From Cetobacterium sp. (lineage in GTDB: Bacteria > Fusobacteriota > Fusobacteriia > Fusobacteriales > Fusobacteriaceae), in the NCBI GenBank assembly GCA_051652625.1, contig JBOFUO010000004.1, positions 1 to 59,349 of the forward strand: a stretch of DNA of 59,349 nucleotides, read 5' to 3'. Below are positions 21,379 through 30,199 of this stretch, piece by piece. How positions within the stretch are numbered: position 1 is the first letter of the stretch; every line of letters starts with the position of its first letter. The notes under the pieces are model-generated. The model worked only from the letters and a program-made list of their open reading frames with translations. It did not search any database and was not told the origin of the DNA. Both the position numbers and the translations under genes were made by a program.

Positions 21379-22887
21379 ATGGAAAGAAGAGTAAGAACGA
21401 GAATCGCACCGTCTCCAACAGGAGATCCACACGTAGGAACAGCCTACATTGCGTTATTCAACTTAGCTTTTGCTTATAAAAATGGTGGAGACTTTATACT
21501 AAGAATAGAGGATACTGACCAAAACAGATACACAGAAGGATCAGAGCAAATGATTTTTGATGCTTTAAAATGGTTAGGATTAAACTATGCAGAAGGACCT
21601 GATTTAGGTGGACCAACAGGGCCATACAGACAATCAGAAAGATTCCACTTATATGGAGAATACGCACATAAGTTAGTTGAAAAAGGAGAAGCATACCATT
21701 GCTTCTGTACACAAGACAGATTAGAAAAATTAAGAGAAAGACAAAAAGCTATGGGTAAAGCTCCAGGTTATGATGGACACTGTAGATCTCTTTCAAAAGA
21801 AGAGGTAGAAGCTAAGCTAGAAGCTAAAGAAGAGTTTGTAGTTAGACTTAAAATGCCTTATGAAGGAGAAACAATCATTAAAGATAGATTAAGAGGAAAC
21901 ATCGTTTTCGAAAATAATAAAATTGATGATCAAGTTTTATTAAAAGGAGATGGATACCCAACTTATCACTTAGCAAACGTTGTTGATGATTATCTAATGA
22001 ATATAACTCATGTAATCAGAGCTGAAGAATGGATTGCCTCTACACCAAAGCATATTCAACTTTACAAAGCTTTTGGATGGCAAGAACCTGAATTTATTCA
22101 TATGCCTTTACTTAGAAATTCAGATAGAACAAAAATATCTAAGAGAAAGAATCCTGTATCATTAAATTGGTATAAAGAAGAGGGATATTTAAAAGAAGGT
22201 ATTGTAAACTTCTTAGGATTAATGGGTTACTCATTTGGTGAGAATAAAGAGATATTCTCATTACAAGAGTTTAACGAAAACTTTGATATTGATAAAGTAT
22301 CTTTAGGAGGTCCTGTATTTGACTTAGTTAAATTAGGATGGGTAAATAATCAACATATGAGAATGAAAGATTTAAAAGAATTGACAGATTTATCAATTCC
22401 ATTCTTTAGAAATGCTGGATTAATTGGAGAAGAATTAACAGAAAAGCAATTTAGTAATATTTCTAAAATAGTTGATATTTTAAGAGAAGGAGCTCAAACA
22501 ATAAAAGAGCTTGTACTTCAATCAGAAGTTTACTTTAAAGATGAGTACACATTACCTGTTGTAACTGAAGAAACAGATAAGAAAGAAGTAAAAGGAATTG
22601 AAAGATTATATACAGTTATTCAAGATGAAGCAGGAAAAAAATCTATAAACTTATTTGAAGAGAAAATTTTAGCTTGTGATGAAGAGATATCTGTAGATAG
22701 AGCAAAAGAGTTATTAAAAGAAACTCTTGATACAATAGGAGAGGGACCAGGAAAAGTATATATGCCTTTAAGAGCAGTATTAACTGGACTTCCAAAGGGA
22801 GCAGATTTATATAACTTAGTTTCTATAATAGGTAAAACTAGAACTTTAGCTAGAATAGATAGAATGAAAAAATTATACAATATTTAA
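21379..22887 (+). CDS. gltX: Glutamate--tRNA ligase
   Basis: RIAPSPTGDPHVG (HIGH), RIEDTD, KISKR (KMSKS). Confidence 0.97.
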   Translation: MERRVRTRIAPSPTGDPHVGTAYIALFNLAFAYKNGGDFILRIEDTDQNRYTEGSEQMIFDALKWLGLNYAEGPDLGGPTGPYRQSERFHLYGEYAHKLVEKGEAYHCFCTQDRLEKLRERQKAMGKAPGYDGHCRSLSKEEVEAKLEAKEEFVVRLKMPYEGETIIKDRLRGNIVFENNKIDDQVLLKGDGYPTYHLANVVDDYLMNITHVIRAEEWIASTPKHIQLYKAFGWQEPEFIHMPLLRNSDRTKISKRKNPVSLNWYKEEGYLKEGIVNFLGLMGYSFGENKEIFSLQEFNENFDIDKVSLGGPVFDLVKLGWVNNQHMRMKDLKELTDLSIPFFRNAGLIGEELTEKQFSNISKIVDILREGAQTIKELVLQSEVYFKDEYTLPVVTEETDKKEVKGIERLYTVIQDEAGKKSINLFEEKILACDEEISVDRAKELLKETLDTIGEGPGKVYMPLRAVLTGLPKGADLYNLVSIIGKTRTLARIDRMKKLYNI

Positions 22888-22897
22888 TAAAAAAATT

Positions 22898-22925
22898 AGT
22901 GGAGTTATTTAGCTCCACTTTTTTT
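22898..22925 (+). terminator. Terminator after gltX
   Basis: AGTGGAG..CTCCACT followed by a T-run. Confidence 0.75.
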
Positions 22926-22968
22926 AAATAAAAATATCAATAATCTTGGATAAAGGGAGATAGAATAG

Positions 22969-24276
22969 GTGGATATAAAAAAATTAACAATATCTAATTG
23001 GCAAAGCATAGATTATATAAATGTTGAATTTCAAAAATTACTTATTTTGATAGGAGAATCCAATAGAGGTAAAACCTGTATTTTAAAAGCTTTATCTGCA
23101 TTTTTAGGTGAAATAGAAATAAAAAATGAAGATTTTAAAGATAAAAACAAAGAGTTAGAAATAAAAATAAAGTGCTATAAAAATAATAAAGGTTTTGTGA
23201 CTTTAAAACTTTTAAAAAAATATAATTCAGAAAATGAATACTATATATTAAATCATGGATTAGAAACAAAAATATCTTTAGAAGAGCTAAGAAAAGAATA
23301 TATAACTATAAAAGGAGTTTTGATAAGTTCAAAAGATAGTGGAGTTTATGAAGGCTTAGTTAAAATAATGGATATATTTTTAGCTGAAGAAGTAGAAAGT
23401 GAAATACAGAAAGATTTAATAAGTAAAGTAAACTACTTAAAAGAAAATAAAGTTTCTCAAAGTCTTCAGAGAAGAATTCTTTTTAGTTTTTTGAAAAATT
23501 CGTTAGATAAAGTGGATATTAGTAGAGAAAGTATAAAAGTAAAGTTATGTAATCTATTTTTAATATTTGAAGAACCAGAACTGCATTTGAATCCTCAAGC
23601 AAGTCGTGAAATGTATTCGTTACTTGTGAAACTTTCGAAGATAGGAGTACAAATAGTTTTAGAAACACATTCAAGCTATTTTGTAGGATTAAAACAGTAT
23701 AAATCTATTTGTTTGATAAGAAGAATAGAAAAAAGTATAAAAGCATTTCAATATACAGGCGAATTAATGAATGGAGATGAAATTAAAAACTTTAACATGA
23801 ACTATTGGATTAATCCAGATAGAGGTGAAATGTTTTTTGCTAAAAAAGTAATTTTAGTAGAGGGACAAACTGATAAAATAGCTTTATCATACTTAGCTAA
23901 AAAAATAGGGGTATACAACTATAACTATTCAATAATAGAATGTGGAAGTAAAAGTATAATCCCACAATTTATAAAAGTTTTGAATGGGTATAAAATACCT
24001 TATGTAGCTGTTTATGATAAGGATAATCATAAGTGGAGAAGTGATTCTGAGCTGGAAAGTTCAACTTTAAAAAATAAAAAAATAAAAGGCATGATTAATA
24101 AATTTATAGGTAATTATATTGAATTTGAAAATGATATAGAAGAAGAAATTTGTGAAGAGGAGAGAGAAAGAAAAAACTACAAAAACAAACCATATTATAC
24201 TTTGCAAAAAATAAGTGAAGATGAGTTTGAATTGTCTAAAAAATTAGAAAATAAAATTAAAGAGATATATAGATAA
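22969..24276 (+). CDS. OLD-family ATP-dependent nuclease (ABC ATPase + TOPRIM)
   Basis: Walker A GESNRGKT, Walker B IFEEPELHLNP, ETHS H-loop, TOPRIM VILVEGQTD and YDKD; GTG start. Confidence 0.88.
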   Translation: MDIKKLTISNWQSIDYINVEFQKLLILIGESNRGKTCILKALSAFLGEIEIKNEDFKDKNKELEIKIKCYKNNKGFVTLKLLKKYNSENEYYILNHGLETKISLEELRKEYITIKGVLISSKDSGVYEGLVKIMDIFLAEEVESEIQKDLISKVNYLKENKVSQSLQRRILFSFLKNSLDKVDISRESIKVKLCNLFLIFEEPELHLNPQASREMYSLLVKLSKIGVQIVLETHSSYFVGLKQYKSICLIRRIEKSIKAFQYTGELMNGDEIKNFNMNYWINPDRGEMFFAKKVILVEGQTDKIALSYLAKKIGVYNYNYSIIECGSKSIIPQFIKVLNGYKIPYVAVYDKDNHKWRSDSELESSTLKNKKIKGMINKFIGNYIEFENDIEEEICEEERERKNYKNKPYYTLQKISEDEFELSKKLENKIKEIYR

Positions 24277-24311
24277 AAATTAAGGATAGCTGAAAAGTTA
24301 TCCTTAATTTT
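24277..24311. terminator. Bidirectional terminator
   Basis: AAAATTAAGGATAGC / GTTATCCTTAATTTT between convergent genes. Confidence 0.85.
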
Positions 24312-24313
24312 AC

Positions 24314-24874
24314 TTAAAATATAAAAGCACCAATAATAGATGCAAAAATAAGAATTATAATTGGATTTATTTTTGATAAATATTTTGTTCCTAAAAAAAC
24401 AGAAATAAAAAGAATAGTAGCTTTAGTACTTTGAGAATAATCTTTTACAAAAAATGTAGGTTTAGCAATTATTATTCCTGCAAATGTAATTAAAGCTAAA
24501 GTAACTGGTTTTACTCCTTTAAAGAAATATTCTTTTTTAGAGTTGTTTTTTATTTTTGAAAAAATACTAGCAATTATAATTATAACTAAAAATGATGGTA
24601 AAGAAGAACCAAAAGTAGCTACAATAGCTCCAAAGATACCTCCGAAAACTCCATTCACTTCAGAACCCACTTGATGACCAACAAAAGTAGCGGCATTAAT
24701 AGCAATAGGTCCAGGTGTAACTTGTGAAATAGCAATTATATCTAAAAGTTGCTGTTCAGTTAGCCAACTGTTTTTATAAATAACCTCTTGCATAAGAGGA
24801 AGCATTGCTAATCCTCCACCAAAAGAGAACATTCCAATTTTAAAAAATTCATAAAAAAGTATAAAGTAAATCAT
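24314..24874 (-). CDS. Short-chain chromate transporter (CHR) subunit
   Basis: FFKIGMFSFGGG, SQVTPGPIAINAATFVG. Confidence 0.92.
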   Translation of the reverse strand: MIYFILFYEFFKIGMFSFGGGLAMLPLMQEVIYKNSWLTEQQLLDIIAISQVTPGPIAINAATFVGHQVGSEVNGVFGGIFGAIVATFGSSLPSFLVIIIIASIFSKIKNNSKKEYFFKGVKPVTLALITFAGIIIAKPTFFVKDYSQSTKATILFISVFLGTKYLSKINPIIILIFASIIGAFIF

Positions 24875-25407
24875 TTTTTATCACCCTCTTTTATAGTAAA
24901 AAATAGAATAGATCCAATTCCAAATAATAGTATAAGGATAATAGGAGATAGATTGAAAAATATTAAACCGATTAAAGATACAACAAAAATTACATAACTA
25001 AATAGGTTAGTTAATGTATTTTTAGAAAGCTTTATAACAGACGATAAAATTAATGCAGAAATTCCAGCTCTAAGACCAATAAAGGCTTTTTGTACAATTG
25101 GATTTAGAAAACTTTTTGAGAAAAAAGCTGAAATTATAGTTATTATTAAAAGTGATGGAGCAACAACACCTAGAGTTGCAGCGATAGAACCAAGGATTCC
25201 AAGTCTTTTTTTACCGATAAAAGTAGCGGCATTAATAGCAATAGGACCAGGTGTCATCTGAGAAATTGAAATTATCTCAAGTAGCTCATCTTTATCAATC
25301 CATTTTTTATTATTAATCATCTCTCTTTCAATAAGTGGAATCATTGCATATCCACCACCGAAAGTAAACATTCCAATTTTAAAAAAAGTAATAAAAATTT
25401 CTAACAT
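24871..25407 (-). CDS. Short-chain chromate transporter (CHR) subunit
   Basis: FFKIGMFTFGGGYA, SQMTPGPIAINAATFIG; 4-nt overlap with its partner. Confidence 0.92.
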   Translation of the reverse strand: MLEIFITFFKIGMFTFGGGYAMIPLIEREMINNKKWIDKDELLEIISISQMTPGPIAINAATFIGKKRLGILGSIAATLGVVAPSLLIITIISAFFSKSFLNPIVQKAFIGLRAGISALILSSVIKLSKNTLTNLFSYVIFVVSLIGLIFFNLSPIILILLFGIGSILFFTIKEGDKK

Positions 25408-25426
25408 AAATCCTCCCGATTAAATT

Positions 25427-25451
25427 AAAAGCAGAGGTTTTCCTCTGCTTT
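25427..25451 (-). terminator. Terminator after the ABC-F gene
   Basis: AAAGCAGAGG-TTTT-CCTCTGCTTT. Confidence 0.7.
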
Positions 25452-25461
25452 CATTTATAAA

Positions 25462-27084
25462 TTATACGTTGTACATCTCTTTAACTCTAGCTTGTAAATC
25501 CTCATCAGAAATATAGTCATCATAAGATGTTAATCTGTCCATAGTTCCACTTGGAGTTATCTCAATAATTCTAGTAGCTACAGTTTGAATAAACTCATGG
25601 TCATGAGCTCCAAATAAAATAGTTCCTTTAAAGTTAGTTAAAGCTTTATTTAAAGACGTTATAGACTCAAGGTCTAAATGGTCAGTAGGGTTATCGAAGA
25701 TTAGAACGTTAGCATTGTTAAGCATCATTCTAGATAACATACATCTAACTTTCTCTCCTCCAGATAAAATTTTAGATTTTTTAGTAGCTTCTTCTCCAGA
25801 GAATAACATTCTTCCTAGGAATCCTCTAACAAAAGCATCATGTTGGTCAGGAGAATATTGTCTTAACCAATCAATTAAATCAAGATCAGGATTTTGGAAG
25901 AATGCTGTATTATCTTTTGGCATGTAAGCATGAGTAGTTGTAACTCCCCATGTATATGTTCCACTGTCAGCTTCCATTTCACCAGAAAGAATAGAGAATA
26001 GAGTAGTTTTAACAATATCATTTTGAGATATAAATACAACTTTATCATTTGTATTTATAGTGAATGATAAGTTATCAATAACTTTAACTCCATCAATAAT
26101 CTTAGTAAGGTTTTCAACTTTAAGAAGGTTATTTCCAGCATCTCTTTCAGCTTTAAACTCCACGAATGGATATTTTCTGTTAGAAACTTGCATATCTTCA
26201 AGTTGTAATTTCTCTAACTGCTTCTTTCTAGAAGTAGCTTGCTTTGATTTAGATGCATTAGCACTGAATCTAGCAATGAACTCTTGAAGTTCTTGTCTTT
26301 TTTGGTCTAACTTTTTATTTTTATTGTTAATTAATGATTGCATTAATTGGTTAGATTCATACCAGAAATCATAGTTTCCAACATACATCTTAACTTTACC
26401 ATAGTCTATATCAGCAATATGAGTACAAACTTTGTTTAAGAAATGTCTATCATGTGAAACAACAATAACAGTAGTATCTTCTAAGTTCATTAAGAAATCT
26501 TCAAGCCAAGAAATAGCTTGGATATCAAGTCCGTTTGTAGGCTCGTCAAGTAATAGAACATCAGGATTTCCGAATAAAGCTTGAGCAAGTAAAACTTTAA
26601 CTTTATCTGGTTCACTTAATTCTCTCATCATTTTATAATGTAAGTCAGCAGTGATTCCAAGACCAGTTAAAAGCATTTCAGCTTCCATATCAGCTTCCCA
26701 TCCGTTTAATTCAGCAAATTCACCCTCTAATTCAGCAGCTTTCATTCCATCTTCATCAGAGAATTCTGTTTTAGAATAAATTTCATTTCTTTGTTCAATT
26801 ATTTTCCAAAGTTTTGTATGTCCCATTAAAACCATGTTTATAACTGAATCATCTTCATGAGCAAAGTGATCCTGTTTAAGAACAGCCATTCTTTTGTTTT
26901 TATCAAAAATTACATCTCCTTCAGTAGGGTCTAAGTCTCCTGAAAGTATTTTTACAAATGTTGATTTTCCAGCACCGTTTGCACCAATAAGTCCATAACA
27001 GTTTCCAGGAGTAAATTTAACACTTACTTCCTCGAAAAGCTTTCTACCAGAAAATCTCATACTAAGATTGCTAGTTGATATCAT
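25462..27084 (-). CDS. ABC-F family ribosome-associated ATPase (YbiT/YkpA-like)
   Basis: Two NBDs, no TM; GANGAGKST, LDEPTNGLD, linker ASKSKQATSRKK, LSGGE. Confidence 0.92.
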   Translation of the reverse strand: MISTSNLSMRFSGRKLFEEVSVKFTPGNCYGLIGANGAGKSTFVKILSGDLDPTEGDVIFDKNKRMAVLKQDHFAHEDDSVINMVLMGHTKLWKIIEQRNEIYSKTEFSDEDGMKAAELEGEFAELNGWEADMEAEMLLTGLGITADLHYKMMRELSEPDKVKVLLAQALFGNPDVLLLDEPTNGLDIQAISWLEDFLMNLEDTTVIVVSHDRHFLNKVCTHIADIDYGKVKMYVGNYDFWYESNQLMQSLINNKNKKLDQKRQELQEFIARFSANASKSKQATSRKKQLEKLQLEDMQVSNRKYPFVEFKAERDAGNNLLKVENLTKIIDGVKVIDNLSFTINTNDKVVFISQNDIVKTTLFSILSGEMEADSGTYTWGVTTTHAYMPKDNTAFFQNPDLDLIDWLRQYSPDQHDAFVRGFLGRMLFSGEEATKKSKILSGGEKVRCMLSRMMLNNANVLIFDNPTDHLDLESITSLNKALTNFKGTILFGAHDHEFIQTVATRIIEITPSGTMDRLTSYDDYISDEDLQARVKEMYNV

Positions 27085-27248
27085 CTTAAGAAATTCCTCC
27101 TATATGTTTATAATTAATTATTTTTTTAAATATGTATCTTAAATATTATATCATGAATTTTAATAATAACAAACATAATATATTTTCTTTTTTTATAAAT
27201 TGTGTTAATATATTTTATAAAACTAAAAGTGAAAGAGAGGCAAAAAAG

Positions 27249-28205
27249 TTGAATTTATTTACTCCTTTAAATATAAAAAATAAAATTTTAAAAAATAGAG
27301 TGGTACTACCACCATTAGTTAGATTTTCAATGGTAGGAAAAGATGGATATGTAACAGAAGATTTAATACAATGGTATAGAGACGTTGCAGAGGGTGGAAC
27401 AGGATTAATTATAGTAGAAGCTAGTTGTGTTGCAGAAGATGGAAAATTAAGAGACAATCAAATTGGAATATGGAATGATGATTTTGTAGAGGGATTAGCA
27501 AACGTAGCCAAAATAGGAAAAGAATATAACGTTCCAATGCTAATACAAATTCACCATGCAGGCTTTAAACAAGATGTTGCAACTGTAAGCACAGAAACAT
27601 TAGATAAAATATTAGAACAGTTTGTAGATGCTTTTAGAAGAGCTAAAAGTGCAGGATTTGATGGAGTAGAGATACATGGAGCACATACATATTTATTATC
27701 TCAATTGAATTCTAGACTTTGGAATAATAGAAAAGATAAGTATGGAGGTACTTTCGAAAAAAGAATGTATTTTACAGAAGAGCTTATTGATAGAACAAAG
27801 GATTTATTTGATGAAGATTTTATATTAGGTTATAGAATGGGTGGAAACGAGCCAGAATTAGAAGATGGAATAGAGATAGCTAAATATCTAGAAAAGATAG
27901 GTGTAGACCTAATTCATGTTTCTTCAGGAGTACCTAATCCAGAAAAAAAACAAGAAGTAAAAATAGATATACCCACAGATTTTAAATTTGATTGGGTTGT
28001 TTACTTGGGTGTAGAAATAAAAAAACATGTGAATATACCAGTAATAGGAGTAAGAAATATAAAAACAGAAGAGCAAGCAAGTGAATTGATAGAAAAAGGG
28101 ATGTTAGATTTAGTTGCAATAGGAAGAGGTATGATTGCTAGACCAAATTGGGTAGAACATGCAAAGAAAGAGTATTTTAAAAGAAGTGGAAAATTGGTGA
28201 AGTAA
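27249..28205 (+). CDS. NADH:flavin oxidoreductase (Old Yellow Enzyme family)
   Basis: KNRVVLPP, GGTGLIIVEA, QIHHAG, GFDGVEIHGAHTYL, DKYGG; likely TTG start at 27249 after GAGAGG. Confidence 0.9.
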   Translation: MNLFTPLNIKNKILKNRVVLPPLVRFSMVGKDGYVTEDLIQWYRDVAEGGTGLIIVEASCVAEDGKLRDNQIGIWNDDFVEGLANVAKIGKEYNVPMLIQIHHAGFKQDVATVSTETLDKILEQFVDAFRRAKSAGFDGVEIHGAHTYLLSQLNSRLWNNRKDKYGGTFEKRMYFTEELIDRTKDLFDEDFILGYRMGGNEPELEDGIEIAKYLEKIGVDLIHVSSGVPNPEKKQEVKIDIPTDFKFDWVVYLGVEIKKHVNIPVIGVRNIKTEEQASELIEKGMLDLVAIGRGMIARPNWVEHAKKEYFKRSGKLVK

Positions 28206-29371
28206 TGAATATAAAAACTTTAGATATTTTTTGTGAAATAATTGATAACTTTGGAGATATTGGAGTTGTATATAGACTAGCTAAAGAGTTTAAAAGTATC
28301 TATAAAAACGAAATAAAAATAAGAGTTTTTTTAAATAGGTTGGATGAATTTTTATTAATAAATAAAAAAGCTAAAAATATAGAGTGGCAAGAGATAGATG
28401 GAATTGAATATTTAACGAATGAATATTTAGCTAAAAATATATGTACTTTTTCCCCTGCAAATGTTATAATAGAAGCCTTTGGATGTAATGTTTTAGAGGA
28501 GTATTTAGAAAAAGCAAAAGATGAATCAACGTTACTTATAAACCTAGAATATCTTTCTGGTGAAACTTGGATAGAAGGTATACATCTAATGGAATCTCCA
28601 ATTGGCAATAAGAATTTAAAAAAGTATTTTTACATGCCAGGATTTAAAGAGAATACAGGTGGAGTAATCGTAGATAGATTGTTTTTAAATAGAAAAAATG
28701 ATGTTTCAAAAAATAGAGAGTATTATTTAGAAAAATATTTACCTCAATTTAGAGATAAAGATTATTTTATAGGAACTATTTTTAGTTATGAAAAAAATTT
28801 CAAGCCACTATTAAACAGCTTATTAAAAAATAACAAAAATAACTGTTTATTAATTTTAGGTGAAAAATCGAAAGATAGTGTAAGAGAAATTTTAAAAGAC
28901 ATATCAATTGAATATTCAGAAAAAGAGATTGTTGAACATGAAAATATAAAAATAAAATTTATGCCATTTTTAGAACAAGAAGAATATGAAGAACTTATTA
29001 ATTTGGCTCACTATAATTTTGTAAGAGGTGAAGATTCATTTGTAAGGGCTTTATTAACAGGAAAACCTTTTGTTTGGCATATATATCTTCAAGAAGATAT
29101 GGCTCATATGGACAAAATTAGAGGTTTTGTTGAAAGGTATAGAGAGGTTTTAGAAAGTTTAAATTTAAATATCCCATTGGATATTCATACAAAGCTATTA
29201 AAAGAATATAATTTAAGAGATAGTAACTCTTTAGAGTTAGGTAAAGAAAATTTTGATGATTTTTTTGAAGAGTTTCAAAATATTTCAAAATTATCAAAAA
29301 TCTATTCAGAGTATATTGAATTGAATTGTAATCTTATTGATAAATTAAATAGATTTATTTTAAAATATTAG
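28205..29371 (+). CDS. earP: EF-P arginine rhamnosyltransferase EarP
   Basis: DIFCEIIDNFGDIGV, IEAFGC, NLEYLS, NFVRGEDSFVRA, WHIY; directly upstream of an Arg32-type efp. Confidence 0.94.
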   Translation: MNIKTLDIFCEIIDNFGDIGVVYRLAKEFKSIYKNEIKIRVFLNRLDEFLLINKKAKNIEWQEIDGIEYLTNEYLAKNICTFSPANVIIEAFGCNVLEEYLEKAKDESTLLINLEYLSGETWIEGIHLMESPIGNKNLKKYFYMPGFKENTGGVIVDRLFLNRKNDVSKNREYYLEKYLPQFRDKDYFIGTIFSYEKNFKPLLNSLLKNNKNNCLLILGEKSKDSVREILKDISIEYSEKEIVEHENIKIKFMPFLEQEEYEELINLAHYNFVRGEDSFVRALLTGKPFVWHIYLQEDMAHMDKIRGFVERYREVLESLNLNIPLDIHTKLLKEYNLRDSNSLELGKENFDDFFEEFQNISKLSKIYSEYIELNCNLIDKLNRFILKY

Positions 29372-29382
29372 GAGGTTCAATT

Positions 29383-29946
29383 ATGAAAAACGCTCAAGAA
29401 TTAAGAGCTGGAAGTACTGTAAGAATCGGAAACGATCCTTTCGTAATTTTAAAAGCAGAGTATAACAAATCAGGAAGAAACTCAGCTATGATGAAGTACA
29501 AAATGAAAAACTTATTAAACGGAAACATATCAGATGCTGTTTACAAAGCAGACGATAAAATGGACGATATCAGACTTGATAAAGTTAGAGCAGTTTACTC
29601 ATATAACGATGGAGATTTCTATGTATTCTCTAACCCAGAAACTTGGGATCAAATTGAGTTAAAAGATGAAGATTTAGGAGACGCTTTAAACTACCTTGAA
29701 GAAGGAATGGAATTAGAAGTTGTTTACTATGAGTCAACTCCAGTTGCAGTAGAGTTACCTAACTTTGTTGAAAGACAAGTAACTTATACTGAGCCAGGAT
29801 TAAGAGGAGATACTTCAGGAAAAGTAATGAAACCTGCAAGAATTAACTCAGGATACGAAGTTCCAGTACCTATATTCGTTGAGCAAGATGAGTGGATCAA
29901 AATAGATACAAGAACAAATGAGTATGTAGAGAGAATAAAAAGATAA
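29383..29946 (+). CDS. efp: Elongation factor P (Arg32 type)
   Basis: KSGRNSA loop with R32; PGLRGDT; IDTRTNEYVER. Confidence 0.98.
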   Translation: MKNAQELRAGSTVRIGNDPFVILKAEYNKSGRNSAMMKYKMKNLLNGNISDAVYKADDKMDDIRLDKVRAVYSYNDGDFYVFSNPETWDQIELKDEDLGDALNYLEEGMELEVVYYESTPVAVELPNFVERQVTYTEPGLRGDTSGKVMKPARINSGYEVPVPIFVEQDEWIKIDTRTNEYVERIKR

Positions 29947-29947
29947 T

Positions 29948-29981
29948 AAAAAAATCGGAGATTAGATTCTCCGATTTTTTT
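29948..29981. terminator. Terminator after efp (convergent with ffs)
   Basis: AAAAAAATCGGAGA / TCTCCGATTTTTTT. Confidence 0.88.
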
Positions 29982-30030
29982 ATTTTAAAATTATATTTTT
30001 TTAAAACTGAAATACAAAACAATAAAAAAA

Positions 30031-30156
30031 TAGCCACAAGCGAATAACAGGAGTAATCTTATACCCGTATTAAGTACCTTAGTGCTGCTTCCTTCCAGAT
30101 CTGACACGGTTCGATATTAATACGCCATAAGGCTCCTGTCACCACACTTGTGACTA
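30031..30156 (-). ncRNA. ffs: Signal recognition particle RNA (4.5S)
   Basis: Minus strand contains GAACCGTGTCAGATCTGGAAGGAAGCAGC (SRP domain IV with GGAA tetraloop) inside a long hairpin TAGTCACAAG..GACAGGAG / CTCCTGTT..CTTGTGGCTA followed by a T-run. Confidence 0.93.
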
Positions 30157-30161
30157 GAATA

Positions 30162-30190
30162 ATTATACCACTAAATTATAAAAAATACAA
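30162..30190 (-). promoter_or_regulatory. Promoter of ffs
   Basis: Minus strand TTGTAT-17 bp-TATAAT with extended TG; start site falls at the hairpin 5' end. Confidence 0.7.
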
Positions 30191-30199
30191 GCCTAAAAA

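Noticed and set aside
22969-25407. Gabija or retron defence system
   Set aside because: No UvrD-like GajB, reverse transcriptase or msr-msd next to the OLD gene; neighbours are gltX and chromate transporters
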